Of a stretch of 64,000 nucleotides of DNA, positions 12,861 to 26,116 are shown piece after piece (position 1 is the stretch's first letter; each line of letters begins with the position of its first letter). The notes beneath the pieces were generated by a model. The model was not told where the DNA came from and did not search any database. It saw nothing but the letters and a program-made list of their open reading frames with translations. Source of the stretch: Octopus sinensis (lineage: Eukaryota); the NCBI RefSeq assembly GCF_006345805.1, contig NC_042998.1, forward strand, positions 76,756,001 to 76,820,000. Direction: 5' to 3'. The position numbers and the translations under genes are program-made.

Positions 12861-14575
12861 TAGCTGAGAGTAAAAACACTTTGGAAATGTTCACTCAATA
12901 AACGATGTAACAAATTACATTTTATTTTGGAAAATGAAATTAAAATTTTTAAGATAAAAATGTTTTTATGAAGAGGAATCTGAAAGTGTTAGCAAGTTCT
13001 AAATGTAAACATAGCAAAATAAATATACATAAAATAATATTACAGACATTACAATAACTAAACAAAATATATTGCACCAAATTCTCTCTTTAAGTCACCA
13101 CAAATGCTTGTAAATTAGAATAACTTCGTAAAAAGTTCAGTGACGTTGCTTCATTTATTAGATGTGACTAGCATTAATGATAATTTCATCTAATTCTTCC
13201 ACATTTTATAAATATATTTTCATATTCCATGATGAAGAAATCCTTTATCAGCTCGACTGCAACTCATCTATTATGCTCTGCTTCTTCTAATACATTTTGT
13301 CCATCTAAAGAAAGAAGTACGTTATCGTATAATTCTTCTAGATAAAAGACCCAAGAAAATTATGAATACGAGGAGTTCCAGAGACAAATTCATCAAAACG
13401 AATCTGTTTTTTGAATAAAAGTCTCCTATTGAGAAGACAGTCCCTCCAAATTATTTGGTCCTTGCGGCTAGGCCGCGGCTATTTTACATGAACAAGCATG
13501 GTGAATATCGTTAATTGCGATTTTGATATATTTCTTCTACAAATAAACTTGAGATTAAATTGTTATCTATTGCTTGAGCAATTTTTGGTGCACACTACCT
13601 AGTTCGCATATAAGTTTTTCATGTTGCAATTTTTTTTGGTCCACTGGTTGCAATAATGCTGTCGTATTTGGTGGTAAAAAAGGTAATTTATATTTACACA
13701 CAAATGACCACGTGAATAGTAACATTATCGATAATTAGTATTAATTTGAATGTAATATTACTCTTTAACTAGAAAGCATCGTCTGCGTTTCCTCGAAATG
13801 ATCTTAACAAATATTCAGTCCTGGTTGAAATTTTTCATTTTAAGAAATATAGAGTTTAGTAGATTCTTTTCCTAACTAATCCATTTCTATCTACGTTAAA
13901 TAATTTTTGTTCAATATACCCATCTCCCGCTAATATTTACTTCAAAGCAGCCGCATAATTTACTTCAGCTTTTTATCACCATTGGTTGACTCCTCACTTA
14001 TGTTTAGACTTTGTAACTGAATTCTATTCTTGAATAATTATTCAAACCAACTAGAACTTGTTTTGAATATATCTATCTTCAGAGCTGTTTGATTATTATT
14101 ATTATTTTTTACAGCTGTAAATATACTTAGAGCTTTTGCTTGAATTATTGTTTTGGAAAGGGAGTAAGACTTTGATTACACACCTTAATCCTTATAGCAA
14201 GATGTTTCATTTTTATCATGGTAATACTTCCATTCTGAAAAGAAAGAAAAACAACAACAAAATGTTACGAAAGACTAACGCAAATTTATCTTTTTCTTCA
14301 GTTTCAGCTGTATGTTTCACACTATTTTTACGGTCTATGCAAAAATGCTAACATCTCCGAGATTTTTCGAAGCGCTATCGCCACGCCTATGGCGTTGTGT
14401 AATATCCGATTTTTTGGTTTCATTGTAACAATAAGTCTCTTCCTTTTTGCAGTGGAAGCATTTACGGTACAAATATCTTATTTTCTATATTTCAATATTT
14501 TCATATCGACAGAAGGTGATTTATATAAAACAGCAATAGTAGTTGCATTTAAAAGTTTCTAAGTAACTATGGCAC

Positions 14576-14642
<67 letters not shown>

Positions 14643-14734
14643 TGTGGGTGTGTGTGTGTGTGTGTTTGTGTGCGTATGTATGTGTGTGTATAATTGAGAT
14701 TCAGTTGAATTAGGTACTTAAGTTGAAGCACAAA

Positions 14735-15035
14735 GTCAGTTCGCTATTATCCGCACAGCTCGGAGTAAGGTGACTAAAAACAAAATAAGTAACAGAATAT
14801 TAAGTAGTGATGGAGTATGACCGTTTCAAGCGGCTCCATTTAATTGAATCATCAAGGAACCATGCAATCATCACATCGATTTAAAATCTGTGCCAATAAG
14901 TAATTAGAATTTTAACCGGTTGGACACGTTAACATAATTTTTCTCAAATACTTTAACAAAGCAAGATGGGAGAAATTCATGTTGTCGCTATTGTAGCTAA
15001 GAATAGATTACACTTCCAAGAATCGCATGAAGCCT
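14735..15035 (-). mobile_element. Copy of the hammerhead-bearing short element (family of 16290-16545) lacking the 5' half of the catalytic core
   Basis: Aligns with 16290-16545 but lacks tcatcagctgcaca near 14895; part is repeated at 17239-17337. Confidence 0.75.
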
Positions 15036-15593
15036 AGTGAACCAATTTTCCGGGGTCACATCAAGTTGTACCGATATAGTGCAGGATAAATATATTATTT
15101 TACACACTGTTACCTTTAAAGAAAGATTAACTCACCAATTCATTTTTAGTTTAGTCATTTTCTAAACTACCTGAAGTGTTACACTGCAAAATGGTATGAT
15201 TCAAATATATTAAGCCCTCATTCCTCTTCTCGAGGCTCTGATGGAGCTCCATGTTCCAGATCGGATGTGCTATAGAATATGACGAATATTATTCTTAGAA
15301 TTTTCTTTGACAGCGCTGTGGGACATTGGAAGCAGAAACGTCTATTAGATGGGATAAAGTTTTATATTGAAAACATAATCGATGGTAGTCAGTTGTTGAT
15401 CAAGATTTCTCCATTTTCTGGTTAATTTAAATTTGATTCCTGATAAACTCTCGTTGATCTTTGTTATTGCTTGAATCCTATGAGCATATGTTTGCATAAG
15501 TATGACGATAGTTAATATAGGTAATTTATACCGGTAGTAAAACGGATATTTTTATCCTTTAGATGGTTATTCCAACCGCTGACTCTACTAGCC

Positions 15594-15637
<44 letters not shown>

Positions 15638-15781
15638 GCATGTATGTATGTAAATATCTCGAGGCAGATGACTCACTATCGTCATACCTATTTGTCTACA
15701 TGGAGAAATTTTCTTCATGACAGTATACAGTGAATGGCCTTCTTGCACATTTAAATATGCCTCAAGCATAAATCATCTCAT

Positions 15782-16175
15782 GGAATGGAATGGAAGCACT
15801 CCGTCGGTTACGACGATGAGGGTTCCGGTTGATCTGAATCAACGGAACAGCCTGCTCGTGAAATTAACGTGTAAGTGGCTGAGCACTCCACAGACACGTG
15901 TACCCTTAACGTAGTTCTCGGGGATATTCAGCGTGACACAGAGAGTGACAAGGCCGGCCCTTTGAAATACAGGTACAACAGAAACAGGAAGTAAGAGTGA
16001 GAGAAAGTTGTGGTGAAAGAGTACAGCAGGGATCACCACCATCCCCTGCCGGAGCCTCGTGGAACTTTAGGCGTTTTCGCTCAATAAACACTCACAACGC
16101 CCGGTCTGGGAATCGAAACCGCGATCCTATGACCGCGAGTCCGCTGCCCTAACCACTGGGCCATTGCGCCTCCAC
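15782..16175 (-). mobile_element. Full-length tRNA-derived SINE with a 12-bp TSD
   Basis: Minus-strand head tggaggcgcaatggcccagtggttaggg (A box) and ggtttcgattccc (B box); (ttcca)n tail; TSD aaatcatctcat at 15770-15781 and 16176-16187. Confidence 0.92.
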
Positions 16176-16241
16176 AAATCATCTCATAACACGTTTGTGT
16201 ATACACACATCACTACTAAGCGCTGGCACACCGTATATATA

Positions 16242-16293
<52 letters not shown>

Positions 16294-16309
16294 AGCAACA
16301 GGATATCAA

Positions 16310-16393
16310 GTAGTACGACCGTTTCAAGCGGTTCGATTTAATTGAACAACGCGATAATTAAATCAATTTAAAATCAGTGCCATCATCAGCTGC
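16310..16393 (-). ncRNA. Type I hammerhead ribozyme candidate, intact core, long stem II
   Basis: Minus strand reads GCAG-CUGAUGA-(UGGCACUGAUUUUAAAUUGA...UCAAUUAAAUCGAACCGCUU)-GAAAC-GGUC-GUA/CUAC. All conserved core bases are present; predicted cut between 16314 and 16313. Confidence 0.7.
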
Positions 16394-16808
16394 ACAAATA
16401 AGTAATTAGAATTTTAACCACTTGGACACGTTAATATAATTTTTCTCAAATACTTTAACAAAGCAAGAAGATGGAACAAATTCATGTTGTCGCTATTGTA
16501 GCTAAGAATATATTACACTTCTAAGAATCGCATGAAGCCCATTGGGTCATAGCTTGTAAAGCATTGTGATTCATTTCTAATTCATTTATCCCCTTATCAA
16601 CTACTAAATGTAAGTAAGACTAGAGGACTATGTCTGTTTAAAATAAAGGACAAGAGTGAGTTGACAACAGATGGCTAGGTATGGTCATAAATATTGTCAG
16701 AGGTATCCTTTTTCCTCAGGGAGGATGGAAAACAAGTAGTCAATTGGATACATATGAAAGCTTTATTTGCATATTCAAAACATTTCTCATAAACAAGAAA
16801 AAATATAT

Positions 16809-16840
<32 letters not shown>

Positions 16841-16886
16841 GCACATATATATATATGTTTGTGTGTGTGTGTGTATGTATGTACGA

Positions 16887-17159
16887 AGGCGTGGTTGTGT
16901 GTCAAAAAGTTTATTCGTGAATCGCATAGTTCTGGGTTCAAGTCTCATTATGTGACGCCTTGGACGATTGCGTTCTACCATAGCCTCCTTACCTCAACAG
17001 TTCGGCAATAGAAACACTAGACTAAAAAGATAAGTAGCGGCAGTGACGTTCAGGTTGGTGCATGTACTATGCTAACAAAGAATAAGTCCTGGAGTCAATT
17101 TGCTCGACTAAAGGCGGGGCTCCAGCATGCCCGCAGTCAAATGACTGAAACAAGTAAAA

Positions 17160-17162
<3 letters not shown>
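16887..17162 (+). mobile_element. Diverged tRNA-derived SINE
   Basis: Head aggcgtggttgtgtg..ctgggttcaagtc; 3' end ggcggggctccagcatgcccgcagtcaaatgactgaaacaagtaaaag. Confidence 0.75.
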
Positions 17163-17216
<54 letters not shown>

Positions 17217-17593
17217 GAGAGGTACATACATGTATATAAGTCAGTTCGCTATTATCCGCACAGCTCGGAGTAGGTGAATAAAAACAAAATAAGTAACAGA
17301 ATATTAAATAAGTAACAGAATATTAAGATGGAGTATGTTATGTATTATAATATATATATATATATATATATAATATATATATATATTATATATATATATA
17401 TAACAATATAGGGTGAAGTTAATTAATTTGGAATAATCATTAATTTCACCAAGTAGATTTCGGCATATAAAAGCCCCATTCAAGGAAGGTTTAAGTAATA
17501 ATAGGTTTAAGTAGAAATAATAGCCATAACTCTTTGACTGCTATTTCTAAATTCGGTGTGTGGTAAGGCAAATTGTTGCTAAACCCGTAATTA

Positions 17594-17656
<63 letters not shown>

Positions 17657-17706
17657 AAACATATATATATATATTATATATATATAAATATAAACATATA
17701 TATATA

Positions 17707-17755
<49 letters not shown>

Positions 17756-17816
17756 AATACATACATATATAAAGATATATACATATATATAAATACATAC
17801 ATATATAAACATATAC

Positions 17817-17868
<52 letters not shown>

Positions 17869-17936
17869 TATATATATATATATATATTATAATATATATA
17901 TATATATATATAATATATATATATATATACATACAC

Positions 17937-20139
17937 ACATCTCCACCAACCATAAGACATCTTGGCAGATCTTTGTAGACACCGTCACAGACATATGTGC
18001 AAAACACTCCCCACCAAGACCTGTGAACAAAAAGTGCAGAATCCCCCAAAACAGAAAAACCATTATCAGAAAAATAAAAAGAACAAACAAAAAAATTAAC
18101 AAACTAAAGTACTGCCAACAGCAACACACACATTCGACGGCTATCGCACTGCTTGAATCCAAAAAATATAACCTCCAACAATGCATGAAGACCCTCATCA
18201 ATAACCAAAGATCAGCTGAGGAGAGTGGGCCATTGAAAAAATCAAACTCAACCCCAAAGTGTTCTTTTCATTTGCGAGGAAACGCAGGGTCACTGTCTCC
18301 ACTGTAGGCCCTCTAATTGACGAAACTGGCACTCTCCAAGATAATGCCAAATCCATGGCCGAGATACTGCAGAAACAATACTGCTCTGTTTTCAGCAATC
18401 CTGATATGGCCGATCTGGGCTGTATCAGTGATGTCAACCCCCAACACACTATATCGGACATAACGTTTAGTGCCCCTGATGTCTTAGCGGCGATAAACGA
18501 AATAAAACACAATTCAGCAGTAGGCCCCGATAGGTTCCCTGCTTGTGTCCTGAAGGTGTGTCGACACCAACTTGCATCTCCCCTTGCTAATCTGTGGAGA
18601 AACTCACTGGATGCTGGCTATATTCCAAAAAACCTTCTGTCCCAGTCTGTTGTCCCAGTTTTCAAAAAGGGAAACAAGTCCCTTGCAGTGAATTACCGTC
18701 CGATCTCACTCACCTCTCATATCATCAAGGTATTTGAGAGGGTGGTGAGATCTCGAATAACTCAATTTCTGGAAAGCAACAGACGGCTGATCTCCAACCA
18801 ACATGGGTTCCGTAATGGAAGGGACTGCCTAACGCAGCTCCTGCATCACTTTGAGGACATTTTGAGAGCTTTGGGAGAGGGCTCCAACACCGATGTCATC
18901 TACCTTGATTTCAGTAAGGCCTTCGACAGGGTCGATCACAAGATCCTATTGAAAAAACTATCCAACATTGGTGTCTCTGGAAAGTTACTGAAATGGATTA
19001 AGTGTTTCCTGACAGACAGATCTCAACATGTTGTAGTTGAAGGGGTAAAATCAAGCCCAGCCAAAGTCAGTAGTGGCGTTCCGCAAGGCACTGTGCTGGG
19101 CCACTTCTTTTCATCATTTACATTAATGACATTAATGACATCATCAAGCACAGCAACATAAAAATCTTTGCAGATGACTCCAAGCTACAGAAGGTCATAA
19201 ATGAGGCGAGTGACCGGACATGCCTTCAGTCAGATCTACTGGCTGTTATCCAATGGGCAGAAAAAAACAATATGCTGCTGAACGAGGATAAATTTGAGCT
19301 AATCCACTTTGGAAAAGAGGATGCCCTGAAACTCCCATACTCCCTTCCTTCAGGTGAAACTCTCGCGGCGTCCAACAACATCAGAGACTTGGGAGTAATT
19401 GTGGACAACAACGTAAGCTGGGCCACTCATATAAACACCAAAGTTGACATGGCCCGCAGAATGTGTTCCTGGATTCTCAGAACTTTCCAGTCGAGAGATA
19501 TCCACACCATTATCCTTCTCTTCTCCACTTTTGCCCGACCCCACCTTGAATACTGTTGTCCACTGTGGTCTCCCCACACAATACAAGGTATCATAAAAGT
19601 TGAAGCACCTCAAAGGGCAATCACAAGAAAGATAGATGGCATGACAGGCCTCGACTATTGGGGTCGACTAGAAAAGCTAAAACTCTATTCTCTCCAACGT
19701 CGTCGTGAGCGCTACATCATCTGCATGATGTGGAAAATATTCCATCAGCATTGCCCAAATGATGTTGGCATCACCTTTAAGGTACATCCAAGGCTTGGGC
19801 CCCGTGCCATCCGCCCAAAACAAAAATCGCACTCTCATCTCATAACAACAATACGGCACAATTATTTCACCTCAATTGGCCCCGCTCTCTTTAACATTAC
19901 ACCAAAACACATTAAAACAGAAACTGACCCTATAGGGTTCAAGAAGTCTTTGGACAGATTCCTTCAAGAAATCCCGGATAAACCCCCTACACCCGGATAT
20001 GTCTCTGTAAACAATAACTCTCTACTTGAGTGGGCCATAGTGCCCAAATTCTGACTTGAAAGACTTCACCAGGTGGTGCTATTAAGTTAGACATGGCCTG
20101 GGCCAATAATGGCCGAAACCTATCAAAGTATCAAAGTAT
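17937..20139 (+). mobile_element. 5'-truncated CR1/L2-group LINE; RT ORF broken by only two frameshifts
   Basis: Motifs GPDRFP, NYRPISLTS, QHGFR, YLDFSKAFDRVDH, SGVPQGTVLG, then FADD (19167) in the frame of ORF 19272-20054; 3' tail (tatcaaag)2; sits between (TA)n tracts. Confidence 0.95.
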
Positions 20140-20252
20140 ATATATATATATATATATATATTAGGATAAGATCGTTAATCTAATAATAAAATAACGATTT
20201 TATCAAGAGGTCAGCATGGAAAATATAACGTTCAAAGGTAATAATTATTAAG

Positions 20253-20391
20253 ATTATAAATTAGGGCATCTACGAGATACCACCATGCTGAAAATAGCAG
20301 CCATGATCTAATTCTAAAAAGTGGTTTTAGGGTCAGATCATAGCTGCTATTGTCAGCATAGTGGTGTCTCGTAGATACCCTAATTTATAAT
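20253..20391. repeat. ~139-bp imperfect palindrome (fold-back)
   Basis: attataaattagggcatctacgagatacc...ctaaaa pairs with ttttaggg...ggtgtctcgtagataccctaatttataat, about 8 mismatches, very short loop. Confidence 0.9.
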
Positions 20392-20405
20392 TTTATTTAT
20401 ATATA

Positions 20406-20450
<45 letters not shown>

Positions 20451-20475
20451 AATACATACATACATATATAAACAT

Positions 20476-21572
20476 GACTTTCTGAAGGATAGAAGTCAGG
20501 TGGTAGTAGCCAATACGCAAATAGTGAGCGGTGTTCCGCAGGGCACTGTTTTGGGACCACCACTGTTCATAATGGCCCTCTCAGACATGCCTTCAGCCAC
20601 GCAGAGAGCCACGATCACAAGTTATGCAGATGATACAAAAGTTTCACAGGCAATACAGAACCCTGAAGACACTAAGCACCTGCAATGTGAGCTGGACAAA
20701 ATATACAAGTGGGCTGAAAAGAATAGCATGCAGTTCAATGCTGAAAAGTTTCAAGCTCTATGCTATCAGCACGCAAAACTAAATGCAATACCCAATAAAT
20801 ACACTGGACCTGGAGGGACTGCAATCCCAGAGGCACAATCAGTGCGAGACCTGGGTATTTACATGAGTGATGATGCAACCTTTCATGCATGTTGCTAAAT
20901 TGGCAATGAAATGTAGGCGGCTGACCGGATGGATTCTTAGAACCTTTAGAAGAAGAGACCAGGAAACCATGATGGTCCTCTGGAGGACACTTGTCCTAAG
21001 CCACTTTGACTATTGCTCTCTGCTATCGTCACCATCCAGTGCCAAGTTAATCACAGAACTTGAGGCGATCCAACGAAGCTACACGAAGAAGATAGCCTCT
21101 GTGCAGAATATAAGCTATTGGGAAAGACTCAAGAGATTGAGACTCTATTCCTTAGAGTGTAGGCGAGAAAGATCGGCCATAATATACATCTGGAAGATCC
21201 TAGAAGAACTTGTCCCAAACTTTGGCATCGAGAGTTACACAAATGCCAGAACTGGGCGCCACTGCATAGTGCCAAGGGCTCCAAATTTGCCATCAAGATG
21301 CAGGACAAGATACCGTGATAGCCTGGGCTTCCGAGGGCCACAGCTCTTCAATATCCTCCCGAAGAACCTAAGAAACCTGCATGGGGTGGATGCAGATGTC
21401 TTTAAAATGAAACTGTATCTCTTCCTATCAGGTATACCAGATGAACCAATTTCACGGCAGGAGGTGCAGATGAGGGCAGCTACATCGAACTCTCTCATGC
21501 ACCAAATGGCGGTGCCCCAGCATGGGCACATTTAATGAGCTGAAACTAGATAAATAAATAAATAAATAAATG
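20476..21572 (+). mobile_element. 5'-truncated CR1/L2-group LINE, second family
   Basis: SGVPQGTVLGP, YADD, VRDLG, LEAIQRSYTK, LYSLECRRER; 3' stem-loop ggcggtgccccagcatgggcac followed by a (taaa)n tail. Confidence 0.92.
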
Positions 21573-22759
21573 AAATACATATATACATATAAAACATATA
21601 TGTATAAATTTACATACATACATATATAATCATATATATAAATATATATTCATATATAAACATATATATATATATATATGTGTGTATATATATATATATA
21701 TATAGGTATGTGTGTGTGTGTGTGTGTGTGGTGTGTGTGTGTGTGTGTGTGTATGTATACATTGCGTATATTTATACAAGTACTACTGCATATGTGCATT
21801 CACGTATATGAATGCGTATATGTGGGGCCGAACGTTTTATGTGTATGTGAGTGATGGTGCAGCAGTCCTTAGCTGCACCAGGCGATATCTAGGTGAATTA
21901 AAAACTGACCACAAAGGCAGCAGGCAATAAAAATGTAATTTCCATATGGCATGCTAGTAATATTTGCTTCAGATTAATTTGAAATGTGTGTGAAGCTATA
22001 ATTGATTTCAAAATTTGACTCAAGGCCAGCAATTTGGTGGGGGGAATATAGGCCAATGACATTGACTGGTCCATATTTTAACAACCCCGGAATGATGAAA
22101 GGCAAAGTCAACTTCGGCGAAATTTGTGCTCAGAGCTCAAGAACGGACTAAGGATGCGGATATAATTCTCGAATAAAATGATGAGGAATGATGTCAGATG
22201 AGGCTCAAATTCCATCATTGGTATATTTGCGTGTCATTTTCCCAAAGTTATCAATGAATTCTAGTCCTGAATTATATCGAAGTATCTCGCTACGATATGT
22301 GTGTTTCAATTAAATTCTGAGATAATGATAACCTAACATGTGTACGCTTAACATCATTTTCGGTAAAAGTGAAAATCTTAACTTTATTATTCACTGGGCA
22401 CCTTAACTTTATTACATACTCCTTTAAAGCAATTAAAAAGTCATACAAATTTGGTTTAAGTTCGACAAAGACTCGCTTTGAAAGAAAAGAAATTGTTGTA
22501 ACATTTAAACTCTATAATTTACTTATGCATTCGTGAGTGGTTGGTATAAGGAACATATGTGATTTATTTGTATTAGTAACGGAAATATCTTTGTAAGACC
22601 GAATGATCATAATCAGTGTCATTTCTGCTAATGTGATTCAATTCAACATGCCCACAATACACTAAAAACAACAGAAATATGTAAAAGTCAGAAACGTAAT
22701 AGAATTGTTTCTGAAAACACGTTCTAAATATAATTTCGAGACATTCACATATATATCAC

Positions 22760-22858
<99 letters not shown>

Positions 22859-22877
22859 GTGTGTGTGTGTGTGTGTG

Positions 22878-22914
<37 letters not shown>

Positions 22915-23064
22915 TGTATGTGTTTGTGTATATATATATATATATGTATGTATATCTACATGAATGTGTCGCAACATTCAAACATGCACACATATCAGTG
23001 CATGTGAATGCATGTAAATATTGACGAAAATGAATATATATATATATAAAGTTAAAATAAACAC

Positions 23065-23133
23065 ATTTCTCAAATTTCTTTACCTATATCCTGTCAAGAC
23101 ATGACACGATGTAGGTAAAGAAATTTGAGAAAT
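23065..23133. repeat. 69-bp near-perfect hairpin
   Basis: atttctcaaatttctttaccta-tatcctgtca pairs with tgacacgatg-taggtaaagaaatttgagaaat. Confidence 0.85.
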
Positions 23134-25921
23134 TTGAAAAGAATATACGAAACCGGTTATTTCTCCCAAAACTATGTTACTATACATAAAATATTATAAC
23201 ATTTTTCTAACATAACGACTTAAATATATTCTTTAACCTTATAACACAAGCCTTGTGCAGTTTCTTCACTCTTTTTTATTTTTTATACATCCAACAACGT
23301 GCTTTCACACACCAACTCTCTCACCTGTATATATATATTTCTTCTACAATATGTACTGAGCATTCCGATATCATTTGTCCGGCATTGAGGGACGTATGTA
23401 TATATAGATGCATATACATATAATGCTTTGTGTGATTAGGGGTTATTGACTCATGAAATGTGAAATACCGAAAAATATATATTATACTGTATATTGGCTT
23501 TCATAAACCTCCATTAGTGAAAAAAAAATTGATAATAATAATCACGAAAAGAATAAGTAATACAGAGATAATTTACGAAATTGGGGATTAATTTTTTGTT
23601 AAATAAAATGTTTCAGATTTCTCACTTTACAATCGGTGTAATTGTAAAAGATCCGCTTCAACTCAGAATCGTAACCCAGATGCAGTTTAGGCTTACTTGG
23701 AGTATGGGGTATTTGTATATCTACACTGCACCTTAGGGATCGTAACCACATCGTTAGATGTATTGTATTAACAATCTGTGATTTAGCATTTAACTAAACA
23801 AATGTCAACCGGAAGCTGCGACGTTACATTTTGTTTATTAGGGCAAAACCGAAAATATGCTACTAGAACGCTCTCCCTCTTCTATTATCTCTGTTACAAT
23901 TTTTTTCATATATGCCATACACCTTAATACAAATGCTTTAATATATATATACACCAATATACATATACACACACACATATATGTAAAATTTAATAGCTAA
24001 TATTATGTCTTCATATATGAATATATTATAAAGCTATTCATATATGTTACATTAACATATATTTGTTTGTCTATATAATTGAAGTTTCTGTTTTGTTGTG
24101 TCTGAATCTGTTTAGCATAAACAGAAAAGAAAATGCTATTCGAAGAGGAGCAATAATTAAACCACTGATTATGAATTCCTTTTATGTGCCCGTTAATTTA
24201 TTCTGTTTAATTGTACAGTTGTGTATGCGCATATATTTTAATATATTTAAGACATATGGTTCAGCATTGGATTATTTCTAACTTGTGATTTTTAAAAACA
24301 ATTGGACAATATATTGTTAAAATATTACAAGTTTAAGAATATGTTTATATAATATATTTTAATTGCATGCTTCTTTTTTGTTTATTACATATGGTCTCAC
24401 TTGTAATTAGTTGTACAGAAAGAATAATTTTATTTTTAATGTAGCATTGAATTGTAATATCACAATATATTAAAATATTCATGAATGTATATATATATTA
24501 TTAAAATTAAATGGGTCTCTGTCAATTTCGACGATGAGCATTCCAGTTTTCCGATTCACCGACTTAAGCTGTGTACCGGTTTCATGTATGTGATACACGA
24601 ACAACATATATTGCTGTACCTATTTACCAACTTTAAGGAAAACGTTCATTTAAATACATATATTTAGATTTAAATGTCCACATATATATGCATACATAGG
24701 AACATACATATACACATGCACACACACACATATAAATGGCAGGATTCCTCCCAGTTTCCCTTTGCCAATTTCACTCACAAGAAATTGTTTGTTCCAGGGC
24801 CATAGTAGAATTCAATTGTCCAAGGTGCATGCAGTAGAGCTGAACGCGAAATCGCGTGGTTACTGTGCGAGCTTTATAACCACACAACAATGCTGGCGTG
24901 TACGTTTGTATGTATGTATCTATATGTGTATGTACGTATGTATGCATGTATGTATTATGTATGTAAGCATGCATGTATGCATGTGCTTGTAGACCTCTAT
25001 CTATCAATGAAACAGAAACTTATTGTAAATATAGTTTCAATTAGCATTATTCCTTTTAGACTGTTATAATAAATATAGCGTTTCTCTTGATACTTAATAA
25101 ATAATTACCAAATGTTATATTTATTATGAGAGGTGAAGTTATTAGAAGTGAAATACTTTTTGAACGTAAAAGAGAATAAATAAAAACGGAATGGGACCAC
25201 TGGGTACGGACATTTGGGTGTAACTCTTTTGGAGATGGCTTTTTGGTGCTAAAGGCAAGTAGATGTGCACACATACTCCGAGAAAGGAGAGAGAAAGAGA
25301 TAGTGAAAAAGAGAGCGGGAAAGAGAGAGAGAGAGAGAAAGAGGGAGAGAGAAAGATAGGGACGGAAAGAGAGATCGGGAGAGAGAGAGTGTGTGAGAGC
25401 GTAATAGTGAGTAAGAGTGTGAGGAAGAGTTTTTCCGAGAGTAAGGAATGAATGAGAATGAGAGAAACAGCAAGTGTGACAAAGAGAGATTTGAGCAGAA
25501 ATATTTAATTGATTAAAATGAATAAGAAGTATTTGAAAAACTGAGATTAAAACGAATATGAAGTATCTAAGAAATGGTGGTGTCTCCCATTATTCAACAT
25601 ACAGTACTCATGTGAAAGATTATATATACATCCATCGAAATATGTAGCATTATTTAGTTTTTGATTTGGTAATTATTAGTATCTCCATATATTTTTATTC
25701 TCTGTGGTGATTCGTGTCCAATGAGTAAAAATTTGTTGTTAGCAGAATAAGAAAGAAATATTCTTGACGTTAAAACATCCCTTTTCTGATAGGTTTTGTA
25801 CACAATCAGCAGCGCTATTCTGCCATTGCCACATTACAGGCACCATATTGCACGCACCAAATCGTTGATGGTAAGACATCCCATGAATTAAAAATCAATA
25901 AATATGAAAAGTAAATGATAT

Positions 25922-26116
25922 TTTCTACTGTAGGCACAAGGTCCGAAATTTTGGGGGAGGGTGCCAGTCTGTTGGATCGACTCAAGTACGCAACAGGTAC
26001 TTAATTTATCAACCCCGAAAGGATGAAAGGCAAAGTCGAACTCAGAACGGAAAGACAGACGAAATACCACTATGCATTTCGCCCGGCGTGGTAACGTTTC
26101 TGCCAGCTCACCACCT
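25922..26116 (-). mobile_element. tRNA-derived SINE (family of 11650), internally deleted, with a diverged TSD
   Basis: Reverse complement ggtggtgagctggcagaaacgtta...gactttgcctttcatcctttcgggg; flanks tatgaaaagtaaatgatat and tatgaaatgtaaataatat. Confidence 0.85.

Noticed and set aside
13000-14400. Possible hAT-type transposase relic
   Set aside because: Only a vague terminal motif near 14370-14392; no recognisable protein motif or second TIR.
16100-16175. tRNA gene (also 54858-54915 and similar heads)
   Set aside because: A and B boxes are present, but they run into SINE bodies, with a TSD at this copy; no complete cloverleaf.
17595-17936. YI/CV/HT-repeat ORFs here and throughout the window
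   Set aside because: Stop-free frames of (TA)n, (TG)n and (CA)n repeats, not genes.
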